Positions 41,627-52,518 of a stretch of DNA of 64,000 nucleotides are shown here, piece after piece (positions within the stretch are counted from its first letter, which is position 1; each line of letters starts with the position of its first letter). The translations under genes and the position numbers were made by a program. Below the pieces are notes generated by a model. The model was not told where the DNA came from, did not search any database, and worked only from the letters and a program-made list of their open reading frames with translations. Source of the DNA: an uncultured Acidobacteriota bacterium (GTDB lineage: Bacteria; Acidobacteriota; Terriglobia; UBA7540). The stretch covers positions 1,504,001-1,568,000 of the forward strand of contig CAWDSK010000006.1 of NCBI GenBank assembly GCA_963804995.1. The letters are read 5' to 3'.

Positions 41627-43147
41627 TTATTGATTGTCACCACCGTCATCATTCGGTGAGATGACCACATAGGCGCCCGAGCCTTGCCGATTGACGCGCA
41701 GCAGCACTTGGCCCTTCGCTCCCGCAGCTAGTTGGTTAAAGTCCGTAACGTTGCGCACGGGCTTGCGATTGATGCCCTCGATCACGTCACCCTCCTGGAG
41801 GCCGAAATGTGCCGCCGGGCTATTCGGATCAAGTTCGACGATCACCACCCCAGTGGCGTTGGCGGGCAAGCCCAACTGGTCGCGGAGCGCGGGCGTGAGA
41901 TTCTGCACGGACATGCCACGCAGCGTCCCTTCCTGAACCATTCCCCCACCGCCCCGCGCGCTGAGGTTTGAGGGACGCTCACCCAACGTCACCTTGAGGG
42001 TCATGGGCTGGCCGTCACGGAGGATATCCAGCGTGACTTCGGAGCCCGGACTCGTGCTCGTAATCAGCGCGGTGAACTGGCCCGAGTCCTCAATTTCCTG
42101 ACCATTGAGTTTGCGAATCACATCACCGTTTTTGATTCCAGCCTTATCCGCCGGGCCGCCGGCGCTCACATCCTCCACAAGTGCGCCCCCGGTATCCGGC
42201 ACCTTGAATTGCTTGGCCAGATCCTGGTCCAGGCTTTTGATCCCGACTCCCATATAGCCCCGGCTGACCTTGCCTGTCTTGATCAAGTCTTCCATGACGT
42301 GCTTGGCCATATTGGAGGGGATGGCGAAACCGATCCCTACGAACCCACCTTCTCCGCCGGGTCCGGAATTCCCGCTCAAGATAGCCGTGTTAATACCAAT
42401 GACCTGACCGTGCACGTTCACCAGCGCCCCGCCGGAGTTTCCGGGGTTGATGGCGGCATCGGTCTGGATGAAATTCTGAAACTCTTCAATCCCCCCGCCG
42501 GAGCGGCTCAAGGCGCTCACGATACCGCGCGTCACGGTAAAATACTGCCCGAAGGGGTTCCCGAACGCCATAACCGTATCCCCAACCTTAAGTTGGTTGG
42601 AATCTCCAAAGGGGGCGGAAACCAGACTCGTCCCTTCAATCTTGATGACGGCGACATCGGTTTGGGGATCAGCTCCTACAACTTTTCCCTTGAACGTCCG
42701 CTTGTCGGACAGCGTCACCTGGATTTCCGTGGCCTTGGCGATGACGTGATTGTTGGTCACAATGTATCCGTCGGGCGAAACGATGACGCCGCTTCCCAGC
42801 GCATGCTCACGCTGCTCGCGGGGAACTTGGGGAAACATATTCCCAAAGAACTGGCGGAAGAAGGGATCCATTAAAAGCGGTGATTGTTGTTGCTTAATCA
42901 CCTGGGTAGACTGAATCGCCACAATCGCCGGAGTCACCGTTTTGGCAATGCGCTCGTAGGCTTGATTCTGCCGTTCCAGGGAGTCGATATCCGGGCCATC
43001 CAATCCCTTTCCCTGGGCTAGCGCTAAGTTCGGAAACAGTTGATGCCCTTGATACATCATGACTGACATACCCAGGACGAGAACCCCTATCAAGGTGAGA
43101 CTCAATCCCCCGAGATTCTCACGCAGGAATTGCTTGTCAAATCGCAT
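41627..43147 (-). CDS. HtrA/DegP/DegQ serine protease with two PDZ domains
   Basis: 'GSGVIV', 'TNNHV', 'TDVAV', 'TDAAINPGNSGG'; RBS AAGGAGG. Confidence 0.95.
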   Translation of the reverse strand: MRFDKQFLRENLGGLSLTLIGVLVLGMSVMMYQGHQLFPNLALAQGKGLDGPDIDSLERQNQAYERIAKTVTPAIVAIQSTQVIKQQQSPLLMDPFFRQFFGNMFPQVPREQREHALGSGVIVSPDGYIVTNNHVIAKATEIQVTLSDKRTFKGKVVGADPQTDVAVIKIEGTSLVSAPFGDSNQLKVGDTVMAFGNPFGQYFTVTRGIVSALSRSGGGIEEFQNFIQTDAAINPGNSGGALVNVHGQVIGINTAILSGNSGPGGEGGFVGIGFAIPSNMAKHVMEDLIKTGKVSRGYMGVGIKSLDQDLAKQFKVPDTGGALVEDVSAGGPADKAGIKNGDVIRKLNGQEIEDSGQFTALITSTSPGSEVTLDILRDGQPMTLKVTLGERPSNLSARGGGGMVQEGTLRGMSVQNLTPALRDQLGLPANATGVVIVELDPNSPAAHFGLQEGDVIEGINRKPVRNVTDFNQLAAGAKGQVLLRVNRQGSGAYVVISPNDDGGDNQ

Positions 43148-43585
43148 GAAGTCTTCCTCCTTCAAATCTGGTCACCATGGCGCTTGCAATGCTGGCGGCG
43201 CTGTAATTTTCCCAATCTCGGCTCAGCCGGAGACGATAGCCATGAACAACGCCTCGGCAGTACGGCGCTGGCTCACCACGCGACGGTAGCAGCTCCTCCG
43301 GGGGCACTGCCTATATGAGTTAGACGTATCCTTCCTCTTTCGGTCATCGCGGCAGGTGCCCGGACAATCCATCCCAATGTGATATTTCTCTATCGCGCCT
43401 TTCGGAAGCCCGATCATAACCGTCAGATTAATGCTACTACGTTTGATGCGTCGGCGTGAAGGAGGGTTTCACCCACCCGCTGGGGGGGAGATTCGGAATC
43501 TATGACCAGCGCGGGAAACCTTCCCCTCGCCTGCAACCAGGTGCGGCCGCCCCCAGGAAACCAAGGAGAGAGTCAGAGCGGAGAG

Positions 43586-45544
43586 TTATGGCGCAATGTG
43601 AAGAGTGTCGGCGAAGGCCCGCACGACTTTCGGGTCGTAGCGGCCTCTATCCATACCTTTGAAAATTTCACTCATTGACACGCGCGAATCCCATGCGTCG
43701 TGATAAGGCCGCCAGGAAGTCAGAGCACTGTAAGCCTCCGCCACCGAAGTGATCCGCGCTCCCAGGGGAATGGCTTCGCCCCGCAAGCCGTCAGGAAACC
43801 CGCTACCGTCCCAGGCTTCGTGGTGATGGAGAACGATTTCGAGAAGACCGGGATCGACGTAACCCATTCGCCGGCAGGTGGCAACGCTTTCTACCACATA
43901 CTTTTCGAGCAACTTGGATTCCTGATCGGTCAGGCTGCCCCGGCGATTCAGGACGTGATGAGGGACTGCCTCCTTGCCGAGATCCTGAAGATATCCGGCC
44001 AGCAGGATGGTTTTCTTCAATTCGTCATTCAGCTTCAACCGGTCCGCTATGGCGTAGGAGAGCAGCGCCACAACGCGGCAATGGCCAATGGCCCCGTCCA
44101 GGGCTTCGACCGCCAGGACCACGTCCTCCGGAATCTCAATGTGCGACTGGGCCTTCCCGTAAGCCACCGCCACGGCGGGAGGTATTACGGCGGGGTCGCT
44201 CCAGCGGTCCCGAATCTCGTTCACCTCATAGACGGTGATCTTCTGCACTTTGCCCTTCAACTGGATCTTTTCAAATTCATCCCGTTTGATATTGGCATCA
44301 GCATAGGCCAGTTTGATTTGCGTGGAGTCGGGGTCCAGGGCGAGAGCGCGCTCAAAGTAGCGAATTGCCGAGGTGGCATCGTGGAGCTCGAAATTGATTT
44401 TTCCCAGTTGATAAAGAAGTTCCGGGGTCTCATTTTCCCGGCTGAGTTTTTCCTCTAGTGCTGTCATGCGATCGACCAGGTCATGATCGGACTGGCGGCC
44501 GTACCCCATGTTGCGAAGCCGCGTGGCGGTCACAAAAGGCTCGACCGCGCGGAAGGTCGGTTCGTCGATGTACACTTTGCCGGCTTCGCAAATCTCCTCG
44601 AGCCGCTTGGCCACGTTGACGCGATCGCCCACGGCGCTATAAGCCTGCCGCCGCACCCCCAACATACCCACTACCGTGTTCCCGGTCGCAATGCCCACGC
44701 GCAGACGCCACGGCAGATCGAGCGTCTTCATCCTCTGTTGCATGCGGAGCCCGGCCAGGACCGCCAACAGCGCGTGCCGGTCGAAATCCACAGGGGCGCC
44801 AAATTCCACCATCACCCCGTCACCCATGTACTTGTCGATATGCCCACGAAAGAGTTCCACGACGGGTTCGATCTGGCCCAGGAAGCGATTCAGTTCCTCT
44901 AACACTAACTCCGCCCGGTTCTTGTCCGAGTAGCCCGTGAAGTCGGTGAGATCCGTGAACATGATGCTGATTTCACGCTTTTCGATGCGGAGCTTTCCCT
45001 CTGTAGCCAGCTTCGCCACCACCGGGTCCATCGTGGCGTACAGAGCCTTTTCCACTTTCTCCTTCATCTCTTCGGTTACGCGGCTGCGCTTCAGTTCCTC
45101 ATAAAGTTGGCGGGTCTCCGCGAAACCCTTCGCGAGTCTCTCCTGAAGCGAGCCAATGGCAGCACTGGCGAGGATCAGGAACCCACCCCAGGTTGCCAGC
45201 ACCAGAAGAGCATTCAGCCGCGTTCCCGTCACCGCAAACCAGCCGGGGCGGTAGTACGCAAACAGGACCCCTGAAAGGAAACAGAGGACGGCACTCATCA
45301 CTGCCTGACGCTTGCCCAGGAAGTACGCAGCCGTCAAGACCGGCAGGTAAAAGAAATTGAGGAAGGCGATCTTGTAGGGAAAAAGGTAGAAGACGCTGAC
45401 CACGATGCTCAAGAGCAGGAGGATGAATAATCCCTCCAGATGCCGAATGATAAAATTCCGAAATCGCAGCGGCCAGGTCCCTCCCAGACCAATGGGAAAG
45501 GCGTTTTCATCCACCAAGGACACGTGATATTTGTCTTCTGCCAT
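43586..45544 (-). CDS. Membrane class III adenylate/guanylate cyclase with TPR insertion and degenerate HD-GYP domain
   Basis: 4 TM; 'MFTDLTDFT', 'DKYMGDG', '[11 protein letters not shown]'; TPR; '[25 protein letters not shown]'. Confidence 0.88.
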   Translation of the reverse strand: MAEDKYHVSLVDENAFPIGLGGTWPLRFRNFIIRHLEGLFILLLLSIVVSVFYLFPYKIAFLNFFYLPVLTAAYFLGKRQAVMSAVLCFLSGVLFAYYRPGWFAVTGTRLNALLVLATWGGFLILASAAIGSLQERLAKGFAETRQLYEELKRSRVTEEMKEKVEKALYATMDPVVAKLATEGKLRIEKREISIMFTDLTDFTGYSDKNRAELVLEELNRFLGQIEPVVELFRGHIDKYMGDGVMVEFGAPVDFDRHALLAVLAGLRMQQRMKTLDLPWRLRVGIATGNTVVGMLGVRRQAYSAVGDRVNVAKRLEEICEAGKVYIDEPTFRAVEPFVTATRLRNMGYGRQSDHDLVDRMTALEEKLSRENETPELLYQLGKINFELHDATSAIRYFERALALDPDSTQIKLAYADANIKRDEFEKIQLKGKVQKITVYEVNEIRDRWSDPAVIPPAVAVAYGKAQSHIEIPEDVVLAVEALDGAIGHCRVVALLSYAIADRLKLNDELKKTILLAGYLQDLGKEAVPHHVLNRRGSLTDQESKLLEKYVVESVATCRRMGYVDPGLLEIVLHHHEAWDGSGFPDGLRGEAIPLGARITSVAEAYSALTSWRPYHDAWDSRVSMSEIFKGMDRGRYDPKVVRAFADTLHIAP

Positions 45545-45953
45545 GGGTCGCCCCAGACATGCATGAATATGAAGTCACTTAGATCTCGTCGCGTACTATA
45601 ACTTCGGATTTCCCAAAGGGCAAGTGAAGTCTTGTAGAACAGTCTGATATTAGTTACTTAGCATTTTAGTTATATCGTGTGCACCTCTAACCCCGGGGCA
45701 TGTGTCCCTCCTCGCCTGCCTGAGCAGGCTTTCGAGCACCCCCCCGCAGCCAGGTTAACGCGGTGCCACGGGTTGGGCCAGACCGTTCCGCGAGGGGGGG
45801 AAACGTCCGCCCTCAACGGCACCGCTGTTGAGAAGCCGCCTCTGTTGTAGAATCAAGGTCTGCCGCCTGGGCTCCAGGGTGCCTTCCTGACCACATCGGA
45901 AAATACACCCGGCTATCGGCGCGGAGTTTCGACTTCCGGCTGACTCTGAACCC

Positions 45954-48383
45954 ATGAAACGATTTCTCAAGCGTCTGGCCCTCCTCCTCGTTAGCATCCT
46001 TCTGGTGGCGCTGGTAGGCGGCATGTGGCTCTACCGGCGCAGTCGCGCCTGCCTTCCCCAGCTCGACGGCACAATCCCAATGCCGGGGCTTTCCGCTCGA
46101 GTGGAGGTTCGGCGCGACGCCCACGGCGTGCCGCACCTCCGCGCCCAAACGCTTCCCGACGTTCTCTTTGCGCAGGGTTACGTCACGGCCCAGGACCGCC
46201 TCTGGCAAATGGACCTCAATCGCCTGCACGCGGAAGGGCGGCTGTCAGAAATCTTTGGCGATCGCACCTTGCGCCTGGACATTGAGAGCCGCACCTTGGG
46301 CCTGCCCCGCCTGGCCGAGCAGGGTCTCGCCGACCTCGATCCGGGCGCTCGTGCCCTGCTTGCTTCGTACACCCGGGGTGTGAATGCATTTATCGAAAGC
46401 CACCGCGACCGTCTTCCCCTCGAATTCCTGCTCCTTCGTTACCAGCCCCAACCCTGGAGAGATATCGATTCTGTGGCCGCGGTTTTAAATCTCTCCAGTG
46501 CCCTCAGCCAGACCTGGCGAGATGACTTGATGCGTGAGCACATCACGGCCAAGTTGGGCAAGGATCTCGCCTCCGACGTTTTGCCTGACCATTCTGCTCT
46601 CGATGTGCCGGTGGCAGAGGTCGCAGCCACAGCTCCGGCCAAGGCTGGCGCCAAAAGGGCCAGCGCCTGGCTTGAGGAGAGCCCGCTCGACGATCAGTTG
46701 CTCGCGACCGTGCTGGCTCCCTCGAACCTTGATTCGCAGGGTGGAGGTGGAAGCAATAACTGGGTCTTGCAGGGCTCCCACACCAAATCGGGCAAGCCTC
46801 TGCTGGCCAACGATCCGCATCTCGGCCACAGCATCCCGAGCGTCTGGTACATGATTCATCTTAAGGCGCCCGGACTGAACGTAAGCGGAGTCAGCCTGGC
46901 AGGCTTGCCGCTCGTGGTCATTGGCCATAACGAACATATCGCCTGGGGCATGACCAACACCGGTCCCGATGTTCAAGACCTTTACATGGAGAGCTTCAAC
47001 CTTGCCAACCCCAAGAAGTATCTCCACAACGGCCAATGGGTGGACGCGGAAGTGCGCGACGAAATCATCAAGGTCCGTGACCAGCGCGATTACCACCTCA
47101 CCGTCAAGGTCACACGGCACGGGCCGGTGGTTTCCCACGACGGCAACCGCGACCTGGCCTTGCGCTGGACTGCGCTCGAACCCCACGCCATCCGCCTTCC
47201 CCTGCTCGCCATCGATCAGGCGACCAATTGGCAGGAGTTCACAACCGCCCTCTGGGACTTCACGGTCCCGATGCAGAATTTTGTTTATGCGGATGTGGAA
47301 GGAAACATCGGGTATTATGCGGCGGGACTTGTGCCCATCCGCAAGCAAGGTGATGGCTCCGTTCCGGTGCCGGGGAGTACGGACGACTACGATTGGACGG
47401 GCTTCATCCCGTTTAAGGATCTTCCTCATGCTTACAATCCCGCCAGCGGGATGATCGCAACCGCCAATGGGCGCATTGTTCCTGACAACTATCCCTACGT
47501 GATCACCCGGAAGTGGGATGCTCCCTACCGCACCGCGAGAATATTCGAGCTCATCCGCGAAAGAAATTCCTTCGTTCCCTCCGACATGCTGCGGATCGAG
47601 ACTGACATCAACGCGCTCGACGACCAGTGGCTGGCCAAGCAACTTCTTTCGGCTGCCGCACAACGTGCTCCGGATGGACCCGAGGCCCAGTACGCCCTCA
47701 GTGTTCTAAAGGACTGGGACGGCCAGGCCCGCGCTGACTCCGCCGCCACCCTCATCTGCGAAGTCACACGCCGCGCCCTGCTGGAACGCATCCTCAAACC
47801 GAAACTGGGCGATAATCTTTCCGGGTATCATTGGCCCATGAGCACCATTTTTCTTCAGAATGTTCTGGAGCAGAATCTTGCCCGTTGGCTGCCTCCGGGG
47901 GATGCGGATTTCAACCTGACCCTGATGAAGAGCTTGGAGGAAGGTATCAAACGAATCCCTTCCTTGGTTCACAATCAGAGTCACTCCGCCTGGAGATGGG
48001 GCGACACCATTCCGTTGACCTTCCACCATCCGCTGAGCGTTGGGTTGCCGCTCCTGGGGCGCCTGCTGGATGTCGGACCTTTCCCGCAGGCAGGGACTGG
48101 CACCACCGTGAAACAGACAACTCCTCAGCTTGGACCTTCCATGCGCATGGTGGTGGATTTCTCAAACTTTGACGAGTCGATGCAAAATATCACCTTGGGG
48201 GAATCGGGCGAAGTCTTCAGCCCCTATTATCAGGACCAATTCGAAGCGTGGTACACCGGGCGGAGCTTCCCTATGCTGTTCAATGACACCGCCGTGGAGA
48301 AGGGCACAGTTCACAAGCTGGTGTTGGCGCCGGGGCGTGTCCCAGTTGGGGAATCCGGCGGTTACAGCGCGCCACTCCAATGA
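45954..48383 (+). CDS. Penicillin acylase family (S45 Ntn hydrolase)
   Basis: 'RDAHGVPH', 'AQDRLWQMD', autocleavage site 'GSNNW', 'LLANDPHL'. Confidence 0.92.
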   Translation: MKRFLKRLALLLVSILLVALVGGMWLYRRSRACLPQLDGTIPMPGLSARVEVRRDAHGVPHLRAQTLPDVLFAQGYVTAQDRLWQMDLNRLHAEGRLSEIFGDRTLRLDIESRTLGLPRLAEQGLADLDPGARALLASYTRGVNAFIESHRDRLPLEFLLLRYQPQPWRDIDSVAAVLNLSSALSQTWRDDLMREHITAKLGKDLASDVLPDHSALDVPVAEVAATAPAKAGAKRASAWLEESPLDDQLLATVLAPSNLDSQGGGGSNNWVLQGSHTKSGKPLLANDPHLGHSIPSVWYMIHLKAPGLNVSGVSLAGLPLVVIGHNEHIAWGMTNTGPDVQDLYMESFNLANPKKYLHNGQWVDAEVRDEIIKVRDQRDYHLTVKVTRHGPVVSHDGNRDLALRWTALEPHAIRLPLLAIDQATNWQEFTTALWDFTVPMQNFVYADVEGNIGYYAAGLVPIRKQGDGSVPVPGSTDDYDWTGFIPFKDLPHAYNPASGMIATANGRIVPDNYPYVITRKWDAPYRTARIFELIRERNSFVPSDMLRIETDINALDDQWLAKQLLSAAAQRAPDGPEAQYALSVLKDWDGQARADSAATLICEVTRRALLERILKPKLGDNLSGYHWPMSTIFLQNVLEQNLARWLPPGDADFNLTLMKSLEEGIKRIPSLVHNQSHSAWRWGDTIPLTFHHPLSVGLPLLGRLLDVGPFPQAGTGTTVKQTTPQLGPSMRMVVDFSNFDESMQNITLGESGEVFSPYYQDQFEAWYTGRSFPMLFNDTAVEKGTVHKLVLAPGRVPVGESGGYSAPLQ

Positions 48384-48456
48384 AGATCGATAATGAAGTC
48401 AGCCTGGGTAGTAGGCGGAAGGAATAAGCTGTTGGCTATCAGCTTCCGGTTTACAG

Positions 48457-48531
48457 CCCTCGCCCCCTTGGGGGAGAGGGTGGACCGCTGCCGGCGTTTT
48501 CATCAGCCGGAGCGGGACGGGTGAGGGGGTC
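48457..48531 (-). repeat. CCCTCACCC-family REP-like repeat
   Basis: Reverse complement of the 7032-7105 type. Confidence 0.75.
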
Positions 48532-48600
48532 ATCCTGTAACCGATCTGGGATTCTGTAGCGCCGCGATCGACGCTGCGATTCAAGAGTCGATAGGATCAA

Positions 48601-50541
48601 ATGGAAATGAACCCATTGCCGCGACAACGTGATTCATCAGACCCGAGAAGAATAAGCTCGCTGGTGAAGTTAACCCGCTATTCCTATGTTCCTGCGATCT
48701 TGCTGCTCATTTACGTGACCCTGGGCCTTGCCACCGGGTCGCTCGCCGCACAGTCGCCCACCTTGCCGCCCTTGGAACTCGAGTACACGTTGCGCGTGTC
48801 CCGTCCGACAACACATCTGGTGGGCGTGGAAATCTTGGCGCGCAAGGTGGGAACCACTGACTTGGATTTCGTCCTGCCGGCCTGGGCGCCCGGCCGCTAC
48901 GCAATTTATGATTTCTCGAAGAACGTCCAGGAATTCTCCGCGCTCGGTACGAACAACCAACCTCTGGCCTGGAGAAAACTTGACAAGCAGACATGGCGAG
49001 TGGAGGCGCGCGCCGGCGGCGGGACGGTCAAAGCGAGTTACCAGGTCTTTGCCAATGACCTGACCGGATCGTTCTCGCAGGTTGACAGCATGCACGCCAA
49101 CCTGAATGGACCTTCCATTTTCATGTATGTCGATGGGCACAAGCCGGACCCCATCACTTTGAAGATCGAAGCCCCCACCCCCTGGCAAGTGATCAGCGGG
49201 TTTTCGACCTCCACCACCGACCGGACACTCCAGGCCCCCAATTACGATAGGTTGGTGGACACGCCGCTCGAAATCTCCGCCGAGTGTACGGTCGATCAGT
49301 TTCAGGAACAGGGAAAAACCATCCGGATGGCCGTGCACACTTTCAGTGAGGGGGACACGGATCGGTCGGAGCTCCTCGAGGGGCTCAAGAGAATTGTGCA
49401 TGCGGAAATGGCGGCCATGCCTCCGCCGGATTTCCCCCATTACCTTTTCATCTTTCACTTTGCTCCCGACATCGCGATGGGCGATGGCATGGAGCATTTG
49501 AACTCGACCCAGATCATTACGTCGGGCAGTCTGCGCGGATCGACCCGCGAGGCGCTGGAGACTGCCGCGCACGAATTCTTCCACGTCTGGAACGTGAAAC
49601 GCCTCCGTCCCTTGGCCTTGGGACCGTTCGATTACACACGGGAGAACTATTCGCCGTCGCTCTGGTTCGCGGAAGGGGTTACGACCTATTACGGTTATCT
49701 TTTCCTGCTCCGCTCCGGATTGTGGTCGCGCGGCGAGTTCCTGAATCATCTGGGGAGCGAGATCTTCTCCCTGGAGAGAGAACCCGGGCGTAAACTTATG
49801 TCGGCTGAATCTTCCAGCTTCGGCGCCTGGTTCTTTGACCGCTCACCGCAAATGCAGGAGACAAATTTCGCAAACTCAACTATCTCCTATTACAACAAGG
49901 GGGCGCTTCTGGGGATGTTGCTGGATTTGCAAGTCCGCTCCCGCACGGAGGGACGCAAATCCCTGCTGGATGTTATGCAGGCTATGTACCACAAGTTTTA
50001 TGAAGCTGACCCCACGACCTACTACGGACTAGGCCGAGGTTACGAGGAAAGGGATGTGGTGGAAGCGCTGAACGCCGTGACCGGGTCCGATTTTGCGCCG
50101 TTCTTTGAGTATTATGTTCGCGGCACGGAAGATCTCGCGTATGCCGAAACCCTCAAGTGGGCGGGCTTGGAGGTGCGGACGGAGGTTGCCCCCGAGGCAG
50201 CGCCCTCCCTCGGAGTGCTCGTGCAGCCTGAGAATATTGGCGCGCGGATCTTTGCCGTCATTCCAGGAGGCGCAGGGGACCGCGCCGGGCTCAGCCGCGA
50301 CGACTTGCTAATCGACGTTGATGATCAATCGCTCGCGACTGAGGATCTTTCCTCGCGCCTGCGACCTTACCCGGTCGGCGCTACAGTTCCCCTCACCGTG
50401 GAGCGTCACGGGCGCCGTGAACGTGAAAGGGTTACGGTAACCCTTGACCCGCCGGTCCGAACCCTGTACTCGATCGTGCCTTTACCCGGCGCAACCCCGG
50501 AACAGGAAGCCTTCCGTAACGCCTGGCTCGCTACGCAGTAG
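48601..50541 (+). CDS. M61 glycyl aminopeptidase with PDZ domain
   Basis: 'PAWAPGRY', 'GMEH', HExxH 'HEFFHVWNVKR', 'LWFAEGVTTYY', 'SYYNKG'. Confidence 0.92.
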   Translation: MEMNPLPRQRDSSDPRRISSLVKLTRYSYVPAILLLIYVTLGLATGSLAAQSPTLPPLELEYTLRVSRPTTHLVGVEILARKVGTTDLDFVLPAWAPGRYAIYDFSKNVQEFSALGTNNQPLAWRKLDKQTWRVEARAGGGTVKASYQVFANDLTGSFSQVDSMHANLNGPSIFMYVDGHKPDPITLKIEAPTPWQVISGFSTSTTDRTLQAPNYDRLVDTPLEISAECTVDQFQEQGKTIRMAVHTFSEGDTDRSELLEGLKRIVHAEMAAMPPPDFPHYLFIFHFAPDIAMGDGMEHLNSTQIITSGSLRGSTREALETAAHEFFHVWNVKRLRPLALGPFDYTRENYSPSLWFAEGVTTYYGYLFLLRSGLWSRGEFLNHLGSEIFSLEREPGRKLMSAESSSFGAWFFDRSPQMQETNFANSTISYYNKGALLGMLLDLQVRSRTEGRKSLLDVMQAMYHKFYEADPTTYYGLGRGYEERDVVEALNAVTGSDFAPFFEYYVRGTEDLAYAETLKWAGLEVRTEVAPEAAPSLGVLVQPENIGARIFAVIPGGAGDRAGLSRDDLLIDVDDQSLATEDLSSRLRPYPVGATVPLTVERHGRRERERVTVTLDPPVRTLYSIVPLPGATPEQEAFRNAWLATQ

Positions 50542-50836
50542 CAACCGCATACTGGTTTGGGAAGTTTGCGGCTCGCCTCGTCTTAACAGTGAAAAGCCAC
50601 AAGCCAAATGAGATCCTAAGCCAGATTTCGGTCTTTTTGGCCGACCTCTTCACACAAAGCGCTGACATTAAGTCACTATTTGAAGGAAAGTCGAATTTTT
50701 CTGTCACTTTTCCCCACAAATTGCATTCATGTAGGTGAGGTGAGTGAAATGCACACCCGAGGCACATGGAAGATTTACTCCCCACCTCCGCGGCAAATTG
50801 TGGTGTGCAGAGCACTGACGAAAACTGGGGTGATTC

Positions 50837-51283
50837 ATGATTGAAGGCAAATTGCGTTTAACCACTGCGGAAGGCACAGGGCGCCAGTTCGTGGCCACGT
50901 CGGGCACCGGCCACGCGTTTGTGATGGACGACGCGGACGGGCACAGCGGCCCCAAGCCCATCGAATTCGCGCTCCTGGCACTCGGGGGGTGCGCGGCTTT
51001 CGACGTGATCAGCATCCTGCGTAAAAAGCGCCAGAATGTGACCGGCTACGAAATTGAAGTGCGCGCCGACCAGAACCCGGAGCCGCCGGCCTATTTCACC
51101 CGCGTGGAGATCAAACACCGATTGCGCGGCCAGATCGATCCCGAAGCTGTCGAAGCCGCCATTCACCTGTCGGAAACCAAGTACTGCTCGGTCGGCGCCA
51201 TGATTTCGAAGACGGCCAAACTCGAAACCACCTTCGAAATCCTCCCGGAGGAATCCCCGGAAATCCACCGCAAGGCAGCCTGA
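50837..51283 (+). CDS. OsmC family protein
   Basis: 'ALGGCAAFDV' and 'KYCSV' two-Cys signature. Confidence 0.9.
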   Translation: MIEGKLRLTTAEGTGRQFVATSGTGHAFVMDDADGHSGPKPIEFALLALGGCAAFDVISILRKKRQNVTGYEIEVRADQNPEPPAYFTRVEIKHRLRGQIDPEAVEAAIHLSETKYCSVGAMISKTAKLETTFEILPEESPEIHRKAA

Positions 51284-51412
51284 GGGCACAATTCTCTTGT
51301 GACAATCCCCTCCACTGAGAATAGAATCCCGAGTTCAGGTTTCGTGGGTGGCTGACTTCGTCTTTCCCATCCGTTCAGCCTGGGTCTCAGCCACTCGACT
51401 CCGAGGATTCGC

Positions 51413-52518
51413 ATGAAAGTTCCCTATTCTGATTTGAAAGCCCAGTATGCCACGTTGCGCGAGGAGATTCTGGCGGCCCTCGACCGCGTGGGCAACCAGG
51501 CAGCATTTATCCTGGGTAAAGAGGTCGAAGGGCTAGAGTGGGAATTTGCGGCCTACTGTGGTGCGAAGCATTGCGTGGGCGTAAATTCCGGGACCAGCGC
51601 CTTGCATCTCGCCCTGCTCGCCGCGGGCGTAAAAGCCGGCGACGAAGTCATCACCACACCCAACAGCTTTATCGCCACCGCAGAAGCCATTTCCTATACG
51701 GGCGCGAAACCCGTGTTCGTAGATATCGACCCCCGGACGGCCAATATCGACCCCGGAAGATCGCGCAAGCTCTCACCCCTCGCACGCGGGCCATCCTGCC
51801 GGTACACCTTTATGGTCTGCCTGCCGAGATGGACCCGATCCTGGAGATCGCTTCGCGACACGGCTTGGCCGTTATTGAGGACGCTTGCCAGGCGCACGGT
51901 GCACGTTACCACGGCAAGCGCGTGGGGAGTATCGGAACGGCTGCGGCGTTCAGTTTTTATCCCAGCAAGAATATGGGCGCGTATGGAGAAGGCGGAGCGC
52001 TTACAACGAACGATGATGCGGTGGCCGCCCTGGCTCGCACGCTCCGCTCGCACGGTGAGGTGCGCCGCTACGCGCACGACCACATCGGATACAACTATCG
52101 GATGGAGGGCTTCCAGGGGGCGATTCTGCGCCTCAAGCTGGAACGGCTTGACCGGTGGAATGCGCGTCGCAAGCAGCTTGCTGAGATCTATCGGCGCGTC
52201 CTGGCCGGGGCGCGGGTTGAGGTGCAGGAAGATGATCCCCGCCACGAGAGGGTTTATCACCTGTGGGTGGTATATGTTGAGGGCCGTGACGCCGTCCGCG
52301 CGAAGCTGGAGGAACGCGGTGTCGAAACCGCGATCCATTATCCGGTCCCGATTCATCTGCAGCAGGCCTACCAGTTTCTTGGCTATTCCAAACGAAGCTT
52401 CCCGCACGCCGAGCAAGCTTGCGAACGAGCCATCAGCATGCCGCTTTATCCGGAGCTGACCGACGAGCAGGTGACCTACGCGGCAGAGAGTCTGCGCGAA
52501 ATTGTGGGAGCGAACTAG
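51413..52518 (+). CDS. DegT/DnrJ/EryC1/StrS aminotransferase (frameshift near 51755)
   Basis: 'NSGTSALHLAL' in one frame; 'PVHLYG', 'IEDACQAHG', 'SFYPSKNMGAYGEGG' in the next. Confidence 0.88.

Noticed and set aside
50542..50836. AT-richer intergenic region upstream of the OsmC gene as a riboswitch or sRNA
   Set aside because: No recognisable aptamer or terminator
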